A program made the position numbers and the translations under genes. The notes under the pieces were generated by a model. It saw nothing but the letters and a program-made list of their open reading frames with translations, searched no databases and was not told the DNA's origin. From a virus, in the IMG/VR virus record IMGVR_UViG_3300048590_000661, positions 60,599 to 124,598 of that record: DNA of 64,000 bases, one strand, 5' to 3'. Shown here one piece after another: positions 1 to 11,184 of this stretch. Every line of letters begins with the position of its first letter. Position 1 is the first letter of the stretch.

Positions 1-246
1 TCTTTGGTCATTATTTGTGAATAAAATTGGATCAGCATTCTCTAAGTAAAACTGTTTTTCATCTTCAGAATAGTTATTATAATTTAACCAGTCCCCAATA
101 CCACCACCAATATGAAGACTATACCACCACCACCTATTTTCTTCGGGCCAGATAATAAGGGAATCGTGTTGACTAGTTGATAAAATACCATTACCAACAC
201 GTACTATTTGATATTGTTCTGCAATTAGGTTAACAAGATCGCTCAT
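1..246 (-). CDS. Probable DNA primase N-terminal region (runs off the window edge)
   Basis: Not in the ORF track. Read manually as MSDLVNLIAEQYQIVRVGNGILSTSQHDSLIIWPEENRWWWYSLHIGGGIGDW..., which resembles the HDSL-x-W-x-W-x-S-x-GG pattern of primase CHC2-like N-domains. It lies downstream of the helicase and polymerase genes. Confidence 0.5.
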   Translation of the reverse strand, partial: MSDLVNLIAEQYQIVRVGNGILSTSQHDSLIIWPEENRWWWYSLHIGGGIGDWLNYNNYSEDEKQFYLENADPILFTNNDQR

Positions 247-252
247 ATCAAT

Positions 253-281
253 ATTATACTACACTTTCTATAATTTGTCAA
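253..281 (-). promoter_or_regulatory. Sigma70-type promoter, probably giving a leaderless transcript
   Basis: TTGACA-17 bp-TATAAT, with the ATG at 246 only 6 nt after the -10 box. Confidence 0.8.
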
Positions 282-823
282 GCACCACATTTTACGATGT
301 GAATCACCCAAAAGTAGTTGTTATGCCCTTCACTCATACTTATACCTATTTGGTTAGCTTCTTGAAAAAAACTTGTTAATCCTAACAATATATTTTTATG
401 CCTTTGACTATTCATAAGTGAATTAAATGCTACTGTTGGGTCTTTTGTGCCAATTACTAAAACCTCAACGAAATTACCTTTATCTTCATAAGGAATTTTA
501 CACCCGAACCTTTTAACAATTTCATTAGGATGCTCGCCTGTAGGACTGATATGCGTATAATAATTTTTAAGAGCCATATCATTAGTTTTATATGATGATG
601 ACTTATATAAATTTTGGTTACAAGCAAGTACCCTTTTTTGTTCAGGATGCTTAATTACTAAGTTAAAAAACTCTAACTCATTATCAGTAAAATCACATGG
701 GTTAGTTTTCTCCCTATTAAAAGCTATTGGTATATATGTAGTATATGGTAATGTATCGCCTTGCATATGTACTCCTGGTACTAGTACTATTAAAAATACT
801 AGTACCGATAAAATATTTGCCAT
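278..823 (-). CDS. Secreted CAP/SCP-domain protein
   Basis: Signal peptide; DMALKNYYTHISPTG and LMNSQRHKNIL...IGI are CAP-domain motifs. Confidence 0.75.
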   Translation of the reverse strand: MANILSVLVFLIVLVPGVHMQGDTLPYTTYIPIAFNREKTNPCDFTDNELEFFNLVIKHPEQKRVLACNQNLYKSSSYKTNDMALKNYYTHISPTGEHPNEIVKRFGCKIPYEDKGNFVEVLVIGTKDPTVAFNSLMNSQRHKNILLGLTSFFQEANQIGISMSEGHNNYFWVIHIVKCGA

Positions 824-902
824 TATTTCTGGAAAACTATTACATTAGCAGGTAGCCCATCTAGCAGATATTCTACTTTATCTAATTGTAATTTTCAAGT
901 AA

Positions 903-1688
903 TTAAATTTGACATGATTTTAAAACTCCCAATAATTCATTGCGATATTTATATTCTTTATTAGTAAATTTTTCTAAATCGTCTAATGTATTAGTTAGTT
1001 TTTTAGGGTATATTTTATGAAAGTCTTCATGGCAAGTTTTGCAAAGTGTGAGTAAATTATATGGCTCAAATTTTAAGTCTGGATAGGTAGCAAAATCAAA
1101 TATATGGTGAACTTCTAAATACCCGCTACATTGGTTACATTTTTGGCATGTATAACCGTCTCTTTCGCGAATTAATGGATTGATTTGTTTTTTTAATATG
1201 GCTCTATCTAATTCGTTTTGAGGGGATATTTTACTATCCCCCTTCCATTTAGGGCTTGCTTCACCAACATTTAACTTATTTCGATTTATTGTTACATCTC
1301 TGTTATAGCATCCGCAAGATTTTGTATCTCCATTTTTCAAACTAAACCCAACAATTACTTTTTCATTTCCGCATGTGCATTTGCATAAATAGTGCCAGTC
1401 ACTACTATTATTTTGTGAATGTTTTGCTATTACTGTCAATCTACCAAATTTTTGCCCTACTAATTCATCAGCTTTAATGGCGTGCCTTTTTGATGTGGCG
1501 CAACTAGTGCAACAAAAACTATAAATTTTACTTGTTAAACTACTTAATGCAACATCATATTCTCTATTGCACAATAAACATTCACAACGAAAATATCTAT
1601 TTTTGCATTTTTTATCTATCTCTTTAATTACTTTCCAATGTTTATTTGGAAGTACTTCACCTGTGGTAATCTCTATAATTCTGCGCAT
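903..1688 (-). CDS. Zinc-module HNH endonuclease, family copy 1 (no RHH partner)
   Basis: CECLLC module, GQKFGRLTVI...SCGC module, then RERDGYTCQKC...EVHHI...NLLTLCKTCH. Confidence 0.9.
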   Translation of the reverse strand: MRRIIEITTGEVLPNKHWKVIKEIDKKCKNRYFRCECLLCNREYDVALSSLTSKIYSFCCTSCATSKRHAIKADELVGQKFGRLTVIAKHSQNNSSDWHYLCKCTCGNEKVIVGFSLKNGDTKSCGCYNRDVTINRNKLNVGEASPKWKGDSKISPQNELDRAILKKQINPLIRERDGYTCQKCNQCSGYLEVHHIFDFATYPDLKFEPYNLLTLCKTCHEDFHKIYPKKLTNTLDDLEKFTNKEYKYRNELLGVLKSCQI

Positions 1689-1692
1689 TTGA

Positions 1693-2142
1693 TTATTTTA
1701 ATTTAAATATTAATACATTAGCCGGCAATCCTTCTAATAAATATTCGACATCGGCAATTCGCAAATTACCAAGCCCAATTCCAGGGTAAACAATGCCAAT
1801 TAATTTACTTCTATTTGCATTAGCAAAAATTGTTAATTTACTTAGTGCAAATTTAATAATTTCTACACTACTATTGTCTTTAAAATGGTATTTAGTTTGT
1901 AATGCTCCAATTCGATATTCTGAATTAAATATAAACCCATAAGAATATACACCATTAGTTTTCTTATAGTTAGCCATAATATCACTGCCTAAAAGTGATG
2001 GTAAATAGGGGTACATATCCTTGACTATCCTAGCTGTGCCAGCACCCATTACTAAGTGACCATTACTTTTAACAACACCATTACTTGTAAAACACTTTAC
2101 ATCCACATTGGATGTATATAGGTCTTCATAGATTATGTTCAT
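1693..2142 (-). CDS. Macrodomain (ADP-ribose binding/hydrolase) protein
   Basis: NGVVKSNGHLVMGAGTA and PGIGLGNL macrodomain loops; likely start MNIIYEDL at 2142. Confidence 0.8.
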   Translation of the reverse strand: MNIIYEDLYTSNVDVKCFTSNGVVKSNGHLVMGAGTARIVKDMYPYLPSLLGSDIMANYKKTNGVYSYGFIFNSEYRIGALQTKYHFKDNSSVEIIKFALSKLTIFANANRSKLIGIVYPGIGLGNLRIADVEYLLEGLPANVLIFKLK

Positions 2143-2146
2143 AGTT

Positions 2147-2401
2147 TTATTGATGATAGATATTTGGTAAATATAATTGACATACGCCATTAACCATATC
2201 TGTACACCCCTTTTCTGGTGTATTAGTGTTCGTTGGTAACGGTTGCAATGTAATACTAATCTTTGTGTTTGTTGGCGTTGGGGTTAACGTAAATAAACTA
2301 AGTGTAGGAGTAACTTGCACCATAGCCACACTATTTGTAAACCCACTATTCATAATTAATACTACAAACCCAATAGTTAGTAATGCTAAAAACTTATTCA
2401 T
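2147..2401 (-). CDS. Small secreted protein with Pro/Thr linker and C-terminal LYLPNI motif
   Basis: Signal peptide, TPTPT repeats, CQLYLPNIYHQ C-terminus. Confidence 0.6.
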   Translation of the reverse strand: MNKFLALLTIGFVVLIMNSGFTNSVAMVQVTPTLSLFTLTPTPTNTKISITLQPLPTNTNTPEKGCTDMVNGVCQLYLPNIYHQ

Positions 2402-2416
2402 TATATTCCTTTTCTA

Positions 2417-3622
2417 TTAAAAACCAGCTTGCCCTTCAAGCTCAACTAAATTATACCATTCTACTTTCATTTCATCCCAATTAAATTTAGCGTATATTGA
2501 TGCCTTGTCACCATTCCTATTTTTACTACTATAATATTTGAAGTAATTTTCTCCATTAATGGTTACAGCACTACTAGCTGTCATATTGACTGCATCTTGC
2601 CCAATACTATATGCTAACCCTAAATCTTCTGGCGTAGGTTCATCCGTTTTTGCTGCCCCACGATTCCCTTGTGTAACTGCAAAAACAGGGATTTCATGGT
2701 TAAGCGTAAATAATCTAACGTCCCTGCTAACTTCACCTAATTGTACCGTTTTTTGTGATTGGTCAATTGCGTTTCCTTTACCCATTAAATGTAACCCATC
2801 AATAGCAATAACATCAATTGGTGTATCTAAGTTCTCTAAAATAGGCAATAGTTGACTAGGGTGTGAAATTGTGCCAGCTACCTTAATACGTGGTCCGGTG
2901 TTCGTCTCAGAGTTAAGTGCTACTAATTTATTTCGCTGCTCATCTGTAAATTTTAAGTTGCGGAATAGTTTAGGATTAATCCCTAAACGCATAGCATCTA
3001 ACTTTGCAATAAATTCTCTAGGTGCCATTTCATTAGAGAATACTAAGATATTTTGGTTTTGTGTTTTGTGTAATTTATGTAGTAGATATAATAATAGATT
3101 AGTTTTACCATTCCCTAGCGCACCAAAGATAATATTATAATCACTACTGTGTACTCCACCGAATGTATCATCAAACCATTTAATACCAAATGGGATACGA
3201 GCAGATTCGTCTAGATGTAAATTGCGGTCAAAATCATCATAATCAATAATATCAATTCGTATTGGCTGGCATTTTTTTGTAATGTCTAACAAAAATCCAG
3301 GTTCGTAAATATTTTGTCCACTTTGTTGTGCATTGAGTATTTGGCTCTTAATATACCCTTCTTGTCTATCATTTATGATTGTATCTACAGCGTATTCCAT
3401 TGGAATATCAGTTGCTAAATGGTCAATCCTAAAATGCTTATATTTTTCTTTGAATATATCTAATGAAGGTCGTTGGCCATAAATAGTAGCGAAGTCTTCG
3501 ATAAATTTAATATATTGTTTTTCAACTTCATTAAATAGTACTGGTGGGATTTTCTTTAAGAAAGTATATTCTTTTTTATCTTGTAGACCACGAACTAATA
3601 AGCTATTAAATGTGTACACCAT
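2417..3622 (-). CDS. dnaB: DnaB-like (SF4) replicative helicase
   Basis: Walker A GALGNGKT, FSNEM, IAIDGLHLM, VTQGNR, SIGQDA, KNRNG. Confidence 0.9.
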   Translation of the reverse strand: MVYTFNSLLVRGLQDKKEYTFLKKIPPVLFNEVEKQYIKFIEDFATIYGQRPSLDIFKEKYKHFRIDHLATDIPMEYAVDTIINDRQEGYIKSQILNAQQSGQNIYEPGFLLDITKKCQPIRIDIIDYDDFDRNLHLDESARIPFGIKWFDDTFGGVHSSDYNIIFGALGNGKTNLLLYLLHKLHKTQNQNILVFSNEMAPREFIAKLDAMRLGINPKLFRNLKFTDEQRNKLVALNSETNTGPRIKVAGTISHPSQLLPILENLDTPIDVIAIDGLHLMGKGNAIDQSQKTVQLGEVSRDVRLFTLNHEIPVFAVTQGNRGAAKTDEPTPEDLGLAYSIGQDAVNMTASSAVTINGENYFKYYSSKNRNGDKASIYAKFNWDEMKVEWYNLVELEGQAGF

Positions 3623-4140
3623 TATTGAAACTTCTCCATAGAAAAAACCGCTGTATTATAATATGATTGTAATTCTTCAAAAGACTCTTCTGCTAAAGCA
3701 ACTTCTTCACTAGTATCATCAATATATTTAACTACATTAACAAATACATATGTAAATCCTTTATCAACTTTATAATTTTTAAAATTCATAAAATCACTAA
3801 GATTATAGTCCCACCAAAAATCGTTAATAGGGCCGCATAAATACCATTCATTAATCTCATTTTTTAGTAATTCACTATTAAAAAATGAACCTGAAATAGT
3901 TACTTTTAATCGTTTAATATACTTAACTTTACCTAATTTACTATTATCTACCAGTATTTCACCTTCGCCCATCACATGAGATAATCCTGTTGCCAATAAT
4001 GCATAATTTTCTAGCGACATTTTCATATCTACTAACTCATTACCATTAACACCATCGTAAATTCGCAAATATATATGGTCGCAATCCATATTACTATTTA
4101 CTCTACTAATCGTAGCCTTTAGAGGAATACTATTGCCCAT
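3622..4140 (-). CDS. Hypothetical protein
   Basis: ORF overlapping both neighbours in the operon. Confidence 0.6.
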   Translation of the reverse strand: MGNSIPLKATISRVNSNMDCDHIYLRIYDGVNGNELVDMKMSLENYALLATGLSHVMGEGEILVDNSKLGKVKYIKRLKVTISGSFFNSELLKNEINEWYLCGPINDFWWDYNLSDFMNFKNYKVDKGFTYVFVNVVKYIDDTSEEVALAEESFEELQSYYNTAVFSMEKFQ

Positions 4141-7093
4141 ATAATTTAAACCTTTCCTTGAATTTCATGTAGACCTTATTAAACTCATCTTCTGTATAAG
4201 GTAAGCGATATACGCTTTCAGCTAACCCAAATGTGCGATTATTTCTAATCATATATTTTACACCCACGAATGTACCTGCTGGAATAGGTTCACTATTTTC
4301 ATTTACATATGTCCAGAAGTTTCCCATTGGATGTAAATTGTAACTTAAATAAGGATGCCCATTTTTAGTCTTCTTGGTTTTATGACTTTTTACGAACCCT
4401 ATTGCACTATACTGCTTATCAATGCTACCTTCAATTTTGTCTACAATAAATTTATTTGGAATGACAAACTGCATAGCATCAAATTGTAATTCCTCAAACC
4501 CGCCATCTGGAATTTCTTCAACCTTGAATACTTTTGTAATATCTTGTATATCAGGTAAGCCACCAATTTGATATAACCGTCTTAATGTTGACTTATTTAC
4601 TTTACGACCATCTAGTCGTTTAAAATCTTCTAGCGTAGCAAACATCCTATCTTCTAGCATTTCCCTAGTTTCAATAATATGCACTACCCCTTTATCAGAT
4701 AGTCGGTAAATAGTCTGTAGTGGCAAATAAATCTTTTTATCCTTTAGCTCATAATTATCAGTACTAACATTAATATGTGGTAATTCTATTGGAATATTAT
4801 CTTGCACAGCATAATAAAGGATTTTTTGGGCATCTAAATTGCCGTTATGTTTGTCTACCTGTAATAATGCCGTGTAATATTCTGTTGGATAATGATGTAA
4901 ATACCACGCATCTTTGATTGCGTGAAATGCGTAGGCGGCTGCGTGACTGCGGTTAAAACTATATCGAGTATGTGTAAGTAATTCTTTCCATACTTCATCT
5001 AATAGGTGTTTATTCCAAGAATTAACAATACCTAAGTTCATGTATTCAACTTCTACAGCATCCTTTTCTTTGATCCAATCAGGGTCCGTTAATTTCTTTG
5101 CAGACTTTGGTGATAGAATACGTCTAGCCAAATCAGCACCTAATAAACCTGTACCAGTAATTAAGGCATAGATTGACATCACCTGTTCCTGGTAGATAAT
5201 AACGCCATATGTGTCTTTCAGAATAGCGTCAATTTCAGGATGAATAGTACGCTGTCCATTTTCTTTTAATTCGGCGTAAATTTGGGCGGTGCCTGCGTCT
5301 AACGCCCCTGGTCTATATAGGCTAATGGCTGCTACAATATCATTATAATGGGTAGGTTTAATAGCCTTAGTAAGTGAACGAATACCATCACTAGCGTCTA
5401 CTTGGAAAAAACCTAACATCTTACCTTTCTGAAATGTTTCTTGAAACATTTCTAGCGGATAATCTTCAGGATTTTTAGGTGGCATTACACCAGTCAAATT
5501 ATACATCATTCGTTGACGATCAAGCTCACGAATACCTAGGATATCAATCTTTACTACCCCAATTTTACTAAGCTCTTTATCATTTCCTTCAGTAAGACTA
5601 ATAATGCCATTTTCTAGCGGTAATTTAATTGTGGTATTTGTAGAGCCTACCGCACCCGCATGTTGTCCACGTTGGCGAATTTGTCCAATACAAACATTAT
5701 AGAATGTTTCGGCTTCTGGATATTCTTTAGCCAATACTTGAAATGGTTCGCAATCTTCTGTATTATCATATTCACAAATAAGTCGTTCTAGCTTACTAAT
5801 ATCTTTAAATCCAGGAACAGAATCAATATCAAATACTCGAAAGATGTCATGGATTAAAGATTTATGTGAATAGCGAGAATATGTAGATACACCTACCATA
5901 CCCCAACGCTTATTAAGGTACTCTAATACTTTATCACGTTGTAAAGTCTCGATATCTAAATCCACATCAGGGTAATCAGAACGACTAATATTTAAGAACC
6001 GTTCAAATAGAAGACCATATTGAATTGGATCGATGTCTGCGATTCCTAATAGGTAAATTAGATAACTACCACCACCACTACCACGTAAACTAACAAAGAT
6101 GTTTTCACGTTGGCAGAATAACGCTAAATCATAAATGATATATAAGTAATCTAGGAATTTTTTAGATTCAAATACACCATATTCTAATTCAAACCTGTCA
6201 ATACGCTCTTTACTATTACCATCATTACGAAGTTTATTTAGCAAGTAATCACGCATATTACTATATTCTTCATCTGTAATATGCGGTAATTGTGGCTCAT
6301 TTGCTAAGTCAATCTTCTCTACGCTATCAGCAATAGTATTTGTTAATGTTAATGCGTCATCAATAAGTGATTCATATTCATTACCCATGTAATTCATGGC
6401 AAAGGTTTTCATTTCTTCGCCAGTCTTTACATATAGTTCACTACTTGAATAATCAAACCCTTTACGTGCTACTGTTAATTTAGGGTGTAGTGGTGCATAT
6501 TCACCTTTTGCAAAATGACAGTCGTTAGTAATAACAGGTTTAATAGCTAAATCATTACAGACTTGTAAAACGCGGTCTACATAGAGACTTTTATCGTCCA
6601 TAGTAAACATTAGCTCACCGAATACGCTATTACGTCCATATGTATTAACAAGAAAATCTACATATTCATACCCTACATTATAATCTGACATAAATAAAGC
6701 ACTAGCTGGGCAACCTGTCAAAGTAATTAAATCAGCACTATATTCAACCATCATATCAGGCGTAATACATGGCTTCCCCCTATTCATGTTGCCTTGACTA
6801 GCGTTAGATAACTCAATCAAGTTATTAAGCCCATCTTTGGTTTTGGCAAGGATTGTAATATGGTTAGTTTTATCTTCCTTATAACGAAGATAGAACTCGC
6901 AACCAAAGATGGGCTTAATGCCATGCTTTTTACATTGTAGCCAGTGTTGGACTAAATTACCTAACGTGCCATGATCAGTAATCGCTAACGCCTTCTGCCC
7001 AATATTGGCTACATGTGTAATTAGGTCTTCAATGTTGCCCATACCATCAGGAGAAAATTCAGAATGACAATGTAAATGCACAAAGTCTAACAT
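4130..7093 (-). CDS. dnaE: DNA polymerase III alpha subunit (family C)
   Basis: PHP motifs FVHLHCHSEFS and AITDHG; RGSGGGS; PDVDLD; KIDILG; YQEQVM; YSFNRSHA. Confidence 0.97.
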   Translation of the reverse strand: MLDFVHLHCHSEFSPDGMGNIEDLITHVANIGQKALAITDHGTLGNLVQHWLQCKKHGIKPIFGCEFYLRYKEDKTNHITILAKTKDGLNNLIELSNASQGNMNRGKPCITPDMMVEYSADLITLTGCPASALFMSDYNVGYEYVDFLVNTYGRNSVFGELMFTMDDKSLYVDRVLQVCNDLAIKPVITNDCHFAKGEYAPLHPKLTVARKGFDYSSSELYVKTGEEMKTFAMNYMGNEYESLIDDALTLTNTIADSVEKIDLANEPQLPHITDEEYSNMRDYLLNKLRNDGNSKERIDRFELEYGVFESKKFLDYLYIIYDLALFCQRENIFVSLRGSGGGSYLIYLLGIADIDPIQYGLLFERFLNISRSDYPDVDLDIETLQRDKVLEYLNKRWGMVGVSTYSRYSHKSLIHDIFRVFDIDSVPGFKDISKLERLICEYDNTEDCEPFQVLAKEYPEAETFYNVCIGQIRQRGQHAGAVGSTNTTIKLPLENGIISLTEGNDKELSKIGVVKIDILGIRELDRQRMMYNLTGVMPPKNPEDYPLEMFQETFQKGKMLGFFQVDASDGIRSLTKAIKPTHYNDIVAAISLYRPGALDAGTAQIYAELKENGQRTIHPEIDAILKDTYGVIIYQEQVMSIYALITGTGLLGADLARRILSPKSAKKLTDPDWIKEKDAVEVEYMNLGIVNSWNKHLLDEVWKELLTHTRYSFNRSHAAAYAFHAIKDAWYLHHYPTEYYTALLQVDKHNGNLDAQKILYYAVQDNIPIELPHINVSTDNYELKDKKIYLPLQTIYRLSDKGVVHIIETREMLEDRMFATLEDFKRLDGRKVNKSTLRRLYQIGGLPDIQDITKVFKVEEIPDGGFEELQFDAMQFVIPNKFIVDKIEGSIDKQYSAIGFVKSHKTKKTKNGHPYLSYNLHPMGNFWTYVNENSEPIPAGTFVGVKYMIRNNRTFGLAESVYRLPYTEDEFNKVYMKFKERFKLYGQ

Positions 7094-7102
7094 AAGATTC
7101 CT

Positions 7103-8407
7103 TTAGCTCATCGTTTCCAAGTCTACAAATTTTTCACTTTGTTTTGCAATACCTTCAGCTTCAGAAAACATATTACTTTTGAATTTCACAAAATTACATG
7201 CTTCTGTATTATCGTTACGCACTACTACCCCTTCAAGTAAGCCGCCATATGAATAAGGGTTAGCGTTGCAATATTCTAGTACTTTATCCACAATTTCTTT
7301 TGGATTACCTGAATAAATGAACTGGTCTACTAATGGAACAAATAACAGGTTACGTGCTTCACAATATGTCATCAGTTCTTCATATGTGTATTCATAATGC
7401 TTATCATATGGAAAATCTACCGTAATACGATAAACTACTACCTTATATTCTCCAGGTTGACAACCGTAGTCATAATGGTATTGTTTACCATCTAGAGTAT
7501 GAACAGGCATAATAGGTTTGCCATTAGGTAAATAGCCTACAATTTCATAATATACTGTGTGAAAACTTGGTGTGTGCTCAATTAGGCTATTATGGATATC
7601 TACTCGCCAATCTTCGCTTCCATAATATCCCTCTGGAAGCATTTTATTTAAATAGGAATCAAACACGATTCTTCGGCGGCTACCAGATTGGGCTACTGGA
7701 ATTTGAATTTCACTAGTAAACTTAAAATCTAGATTCCATGTCCAATATTCTTTATTCCAGGGTCTAACTAACTTTGTTAAAAAGAAACGCCCAGTTCGCC
7801 CACTCGTACCATGCCATTTTTCTGTAATAGTAATCTTGTCACCTTCTTTAAATTTACCTAGTGCATGAACAAGTTGTGGCGTGTCAATATGTTCTTGGAT
7901 TTGAGAGATACCAATTACTTTAGGTGCAAAGAATTTGCGAATCTTATTAAGAATACTAAAACGGCTTTTCTTGCTAGGATTACTAACGATATTAATATAT
8001 TTCTTTTCAGCAGGCGTAAGGTATTTATTACATAAATGGCGGCCATCTAATTCAGATACTAATTGACCTTCATTTAAATTATAAGAGGAATCTAACTTAA
8101 ATAAAAACCCTTCGCTATATTCACCACGCAACTTAAGGATTTTAACTTTCCCATTAGCCTCAAAGAACCCGTTCCATTTTTCATCCAAGTTATCGGGGTT
8201 TTTGCGATATAGTTTATGCTCTTTTAAGAACCAATCCGATATTTGTGTATCTGGCATAAAATATAAACAAATATCACCATGATTATAGATTCCTTTTTGG
8301 ATAGCAATTTGTGCGCCATTAAAACGATATAATTCTAATTTATCCGCGTTCGGATGGGGAAACTTATTAGTTTCATCAATCGTAATTACTAATGCTTCGT
8401 ATGCCAT
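7103..8407 (-). CDS. RNA ligase with N-terminal OB fold (DRB0094/Rnl2-like)
   Basis: HPNADKLE and KLRGEYSEG N-domain; TEKWHGTS motif I; YYEIVG; EGVVVR; KFKS. Confidence 0.85.
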   Translation of the reverse strand: MAYEALVITIDETNKFPHPNADKLELYRFNGAQIAIQKGIYNHGDICLYFMPDTQISDWFLKEHKLYRKNPDNLDEKWNGFFEANGKVKILKLRGEYSEGFLFKLDSSYNLNEGQLVSELDGRHLCNKYLTPAEKKYINIVSNPSKKSRFSILNKIRKFFAPKVIGISQIQEHIDTPQLVHALGKFKEGDKITITEKWHGTSGRTGRFFLTKLVRPWNKEYWTWNLDFKFTSEIQIPVAQSGSRRRIVFDSYLNKMLPEGYYGSEDWRVDIHNSLIEHTPSFHTVYYEIVGYLPNGKPIMPVHTLDGKQYHYDYGCQPGEYKVVVYRITVDFPYDKHYEYTYEELMTYCEARNLLFVPLVDQFIYSGNPKEIVDKVLEYCNANPYSYGGLLEGVVVRNDNTEACNFVKFKSNMFSEAEGIAKQSEKFVDLETMS

Positions 8408-8409
8408 AA

Positions 8410-9351
8410 TTAGCCTTTCGTTTCTTGAAAGAAAGAGGTAAACAAATAAACCAACCTAAATGTTAATTGTCGTTTATTTGCATAATCAAAAATACTATAC
8501 CAAGTGAGTGAACCTTTATCGCTAATACTGATTTCTGCAATATTAAAATCTAGTAGTTTAGCGATAGTAATCGCCTCAACACTTGTTGGGAATACATTAA
8601 TAAATTTATTTTTAATTTCGTTTTCTAGCGGCATATTCATAGCCTTTTTGAAATAAAAAAGAAAGAATAAATTAATAATATTTTTTCTTATACTTGCAAT
8701 TCTATTCCATATTATATAATAGTTAAATCAAATACTGATAAATAGCCTTCTTCAAATTACTATCTAAGTCTAAAAATCCTCTTGGGAACTCTTCACGGTT
8801 TGCTTTATCTTTGCTTAACCGGATTACTTTATCTTCATATAAGAACACTACTTGATTTTGGTGAATATCACCTTGCGCTACCGCTAAATAGACTCGCCAA
8901 AAAATATTTTCAGTAGAGAAAACTAACTCTGTACTAGAATCTTTATGTGCAAGTACCCTGCGATTCACATCTTCAATTTCCCAATCGTTGACAGCAATAC
9001 CATCTTTACTGTATCTCATTTTAATCATAATTTAGTTAAAATTTCCTTTGCGTCTTTAGCATCTAATATGGCAATGTCTTCCATCATTTGTCCACTGTCA
9101 TCAAGCAATACGCCAAACAATAGTCTATTATTAATAGGCATTAATTTAACGACTACTAAATTACCATGTTTATCATAAAAACTATATTGATAGTCATATG
9201 GTAAATTCTGATTAATAAATCGCATTAATGTATGTTTGATATACTCTACATCAGAAGTACCTAAAATAGCTGGTATTGCTGTATAGTCTGTGTGGTATAG
9301 CCCAATTTTAATATTTAAGTCAGAGTGAACTACTATGAAATTATCTTGCAT
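8410..9351 (-). CDS. Three small hypothetical proteins (8410-8640, 8723-9028, 9025-9351)
   Basis: ORF track; co-oriented and tightly packed. Confidence 0.55.
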
Positions 9352-9821
9352 GTTTTAGGTAGCCTTTCTAACTTATTTTTGTATATAACCATTGCGATTG
9401 CATCAGTATGATTATTTGTTAGTTTAGGAAGTTTATAATACTCTTTTAAATATTCCCAAATAACCATTTTCTTTTTGCTTTTTTTATGTTTAGTTGCAGC
9501 TAGTTTTTCTTTAAGGTCAAATGTTTTTATGAACCAACTTTGATAACTAGTTGGGTTAATTAATTCTATTTTTTTATCTAATTCTAATAATTTGAATTTA
9601 ATATACCCAATTCGCTCTACTAAACTATTTATGGTGGCACTACTATTACCACTACCAAAATAGACAAACTGTTCAATAAGAACGTCTGTATCTTTGCCAA
9701 CAAATTTATTGATAGCTTTGAATTGCGTAATAGGGTTAACACTAGCGATTTCAGTAACCGTTAGACTATTACGATTATATTTACATAACCCCGTAGTAGT
9801 AGCAATATCTAACGCTATCAC
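9333..9821 (-). CDS. RuvC-like Holliday junction resolvase
   Basis: IALDIATTTG, VLIEQ and NHTDAIAM match the RNase H-fold catalytic pattern. Confidence 0.75.
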   Translation of the reverse strand: MIALDIATTTGLCKYNRNSLTVTEIASVNPITQFKAINKFVGKDTDVLIEQFVYFGSGNSSATINSLVERIGYIKFKLLELDKKIELINPTSYQSWFIKTFDLKEKLAATKHKKSKKKMVIWEYLKEYYKLPKLTNNHTDAIAMVIYKNKLERLPKTCKIIS

Positions 9822-10144
9822 TCAAACACACTTGTGCTTTCTAGAATCTGCTCAGATTGTATAATTTCTGGTAAAACTTCTTTTTTATATATAGTATTTC
9901 CATCTACAGAAACGCCTAATACCTCATTAGTACATTTATCTAAAGTTATTGTACCTGTAATAACTACTGGCTTATTAAGGATTTTTTGTTCTGTAGTAGA
10001 TGAAGAAAACACACCATATATAATCATGTTGTCAAATGATGTAGTTTCTATCCAACAATCTTCTTCTTGTGCGTTACCAATATTGTTAACTAATAATAAA
10101 TAACCTAACAAAATTGCTAATGTAATCGTTAATGGTACTTTCAT
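9818..10144 (-). CDS. Secreted or membrane hypothetical protein
   Basis: N-terminal hydrophobic signal sequence. Confidence 0.55.
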   Translation of the reverse strand: MKVPLTITLAILLGYLLLVNNIGNAQEEDCWIETTSFDNMIIYGVFSSSTTEQKILNKPVVITGTITLDKCTNEVLGVSVDGNTIYKKEVLPEIIQSEQILESTSVFE

Positions 10145-10155
10145 GGTTTTCCCTT

Positions 10156-10193
10156 GCCTAGCTAGGTAGATATATCTTTTTACCTAGCTAGGC
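10156..10193. terminator. Hairpin terminator downstream of the SSB-like gene
   Basis: GCCTAGCTAGGTA...TACCTAGCTAGGC inverted repeat. Confidence 0.7.
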
Positions 10194-10211
10194 TAACATC
10201 AAAATATTATA

Positions 10212-11063
10212 CTAAAAGTCAGTTTGCTCACTCTTTTCTAACTTAACGTTTGTAAATACGTTATATCGCTCAACGAACTCTTCCCACGTTAACCCTGTTA
10301 ATCCTGTAATATAGGCACGCACATTATCAGGGTTATATTCACCGCCATTTACTTCCATAAACAACTTTTCAATACCAGAAATTGCATGGGTATGAAGTGC
10401 TGTTACTACTTCATTAAAATCAGGGAAGCTACTAACATCAACAAACGAAAGAACTTCACTGCGGTACTTTTCGTTGTTGTTCTTATTCAACAAATCCTTT
10501 GTTATCTTAAATACTCGCCCGAACATATCAGCATTATCAGAATCTAGAATAGCATCGCGAGTAGCTTCAGACTGGATCTTTTGCATGACACTATCTGTTA
10601 CAATAAGTACCATTGCTTCGCCGTTGGCGATATCATAAGTCTTGCCTGTTTTATTCACCAAAATCACAGGCAAAAACCAATCCGTTTGTGGGCGAGTTTG
10701 TGCAAAACCCTTTCCTTGCCAAATCTGTGCCACACGGTCTGCGCTTTGATCCTTTGCTTTAAGATGTAAACCTAAATCTTCAATCGGATCACCCTTACCA
10801 GTATGCAACCATTGAACATACTTTGAAGTAGTATCAGGTACTTCATGTACATAAATAGAACAATAGCGCTTAGGAAGCGGTGGATGCTCCATAGCCATTA
10901 ATGAATCATCATCCAATTGCAACCCTTTATCACCTACATTCTTACCAAAGAGCGCTACAAAATAATAGTCGCCTTTAGAGAACTTTTCATTTTTGCCACC
11001 ACCAAAATTCTGATATTGTACTGTTGGAGCCATTTTAGGTCGATTTTGAAGAAAACTTGCCAT
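10212..11063 (-). CDS. Probable single-stranded DNA-binding protein (gp32-like)
   Basis: Size, replication-gene context, own promoter and terminator, GRVFKITK...KY segment, C-terminal DF. Confidence 0.5.
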   Translation of the reverse strand: MASFLQNRPKMAPTVQYQNFGGGKNEKFSKGDYYFVALFGKNVGDKGLQLDDDSLMAMEHPPLPKRYCSIYVHEVPDTTSKYVQWLHTGKGDPIEDLGLHLKAKDQSADRVAQIWQGKGFAQTRPQTDWFLPVILVNKTGKTYDIANGEAMVLIVTDSVMQKIQSEATRDAILDSDNADMFGRVFKITKDLLNKNNNEKYRSEVLSFVDVSSFPDFNEVVTALHTHAISGIEKLFMEVNGGEYNPDNVRAYITGLTGLTWEEFVERYNVFTNVKLEKSEQTDF

Positions 11064-11184
11064 TTTATTATTTATCCTTTTCTTTTAATTTAATGAGTTT
11101 GAAATATTTTTTTAGTATTTTAGTTTAATGTTTAATATATTTTTGTCGTTACTTTTCTCCTTCATAAACGTCTTTCGTCTCTAT

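Noticed and set aside
4130-7093. Intein in DnaE or DnaB
   Set aside because: Lengths are compact and no C...HN-(C/S/T) splice motifs or inserted endonuclease domains were seen.
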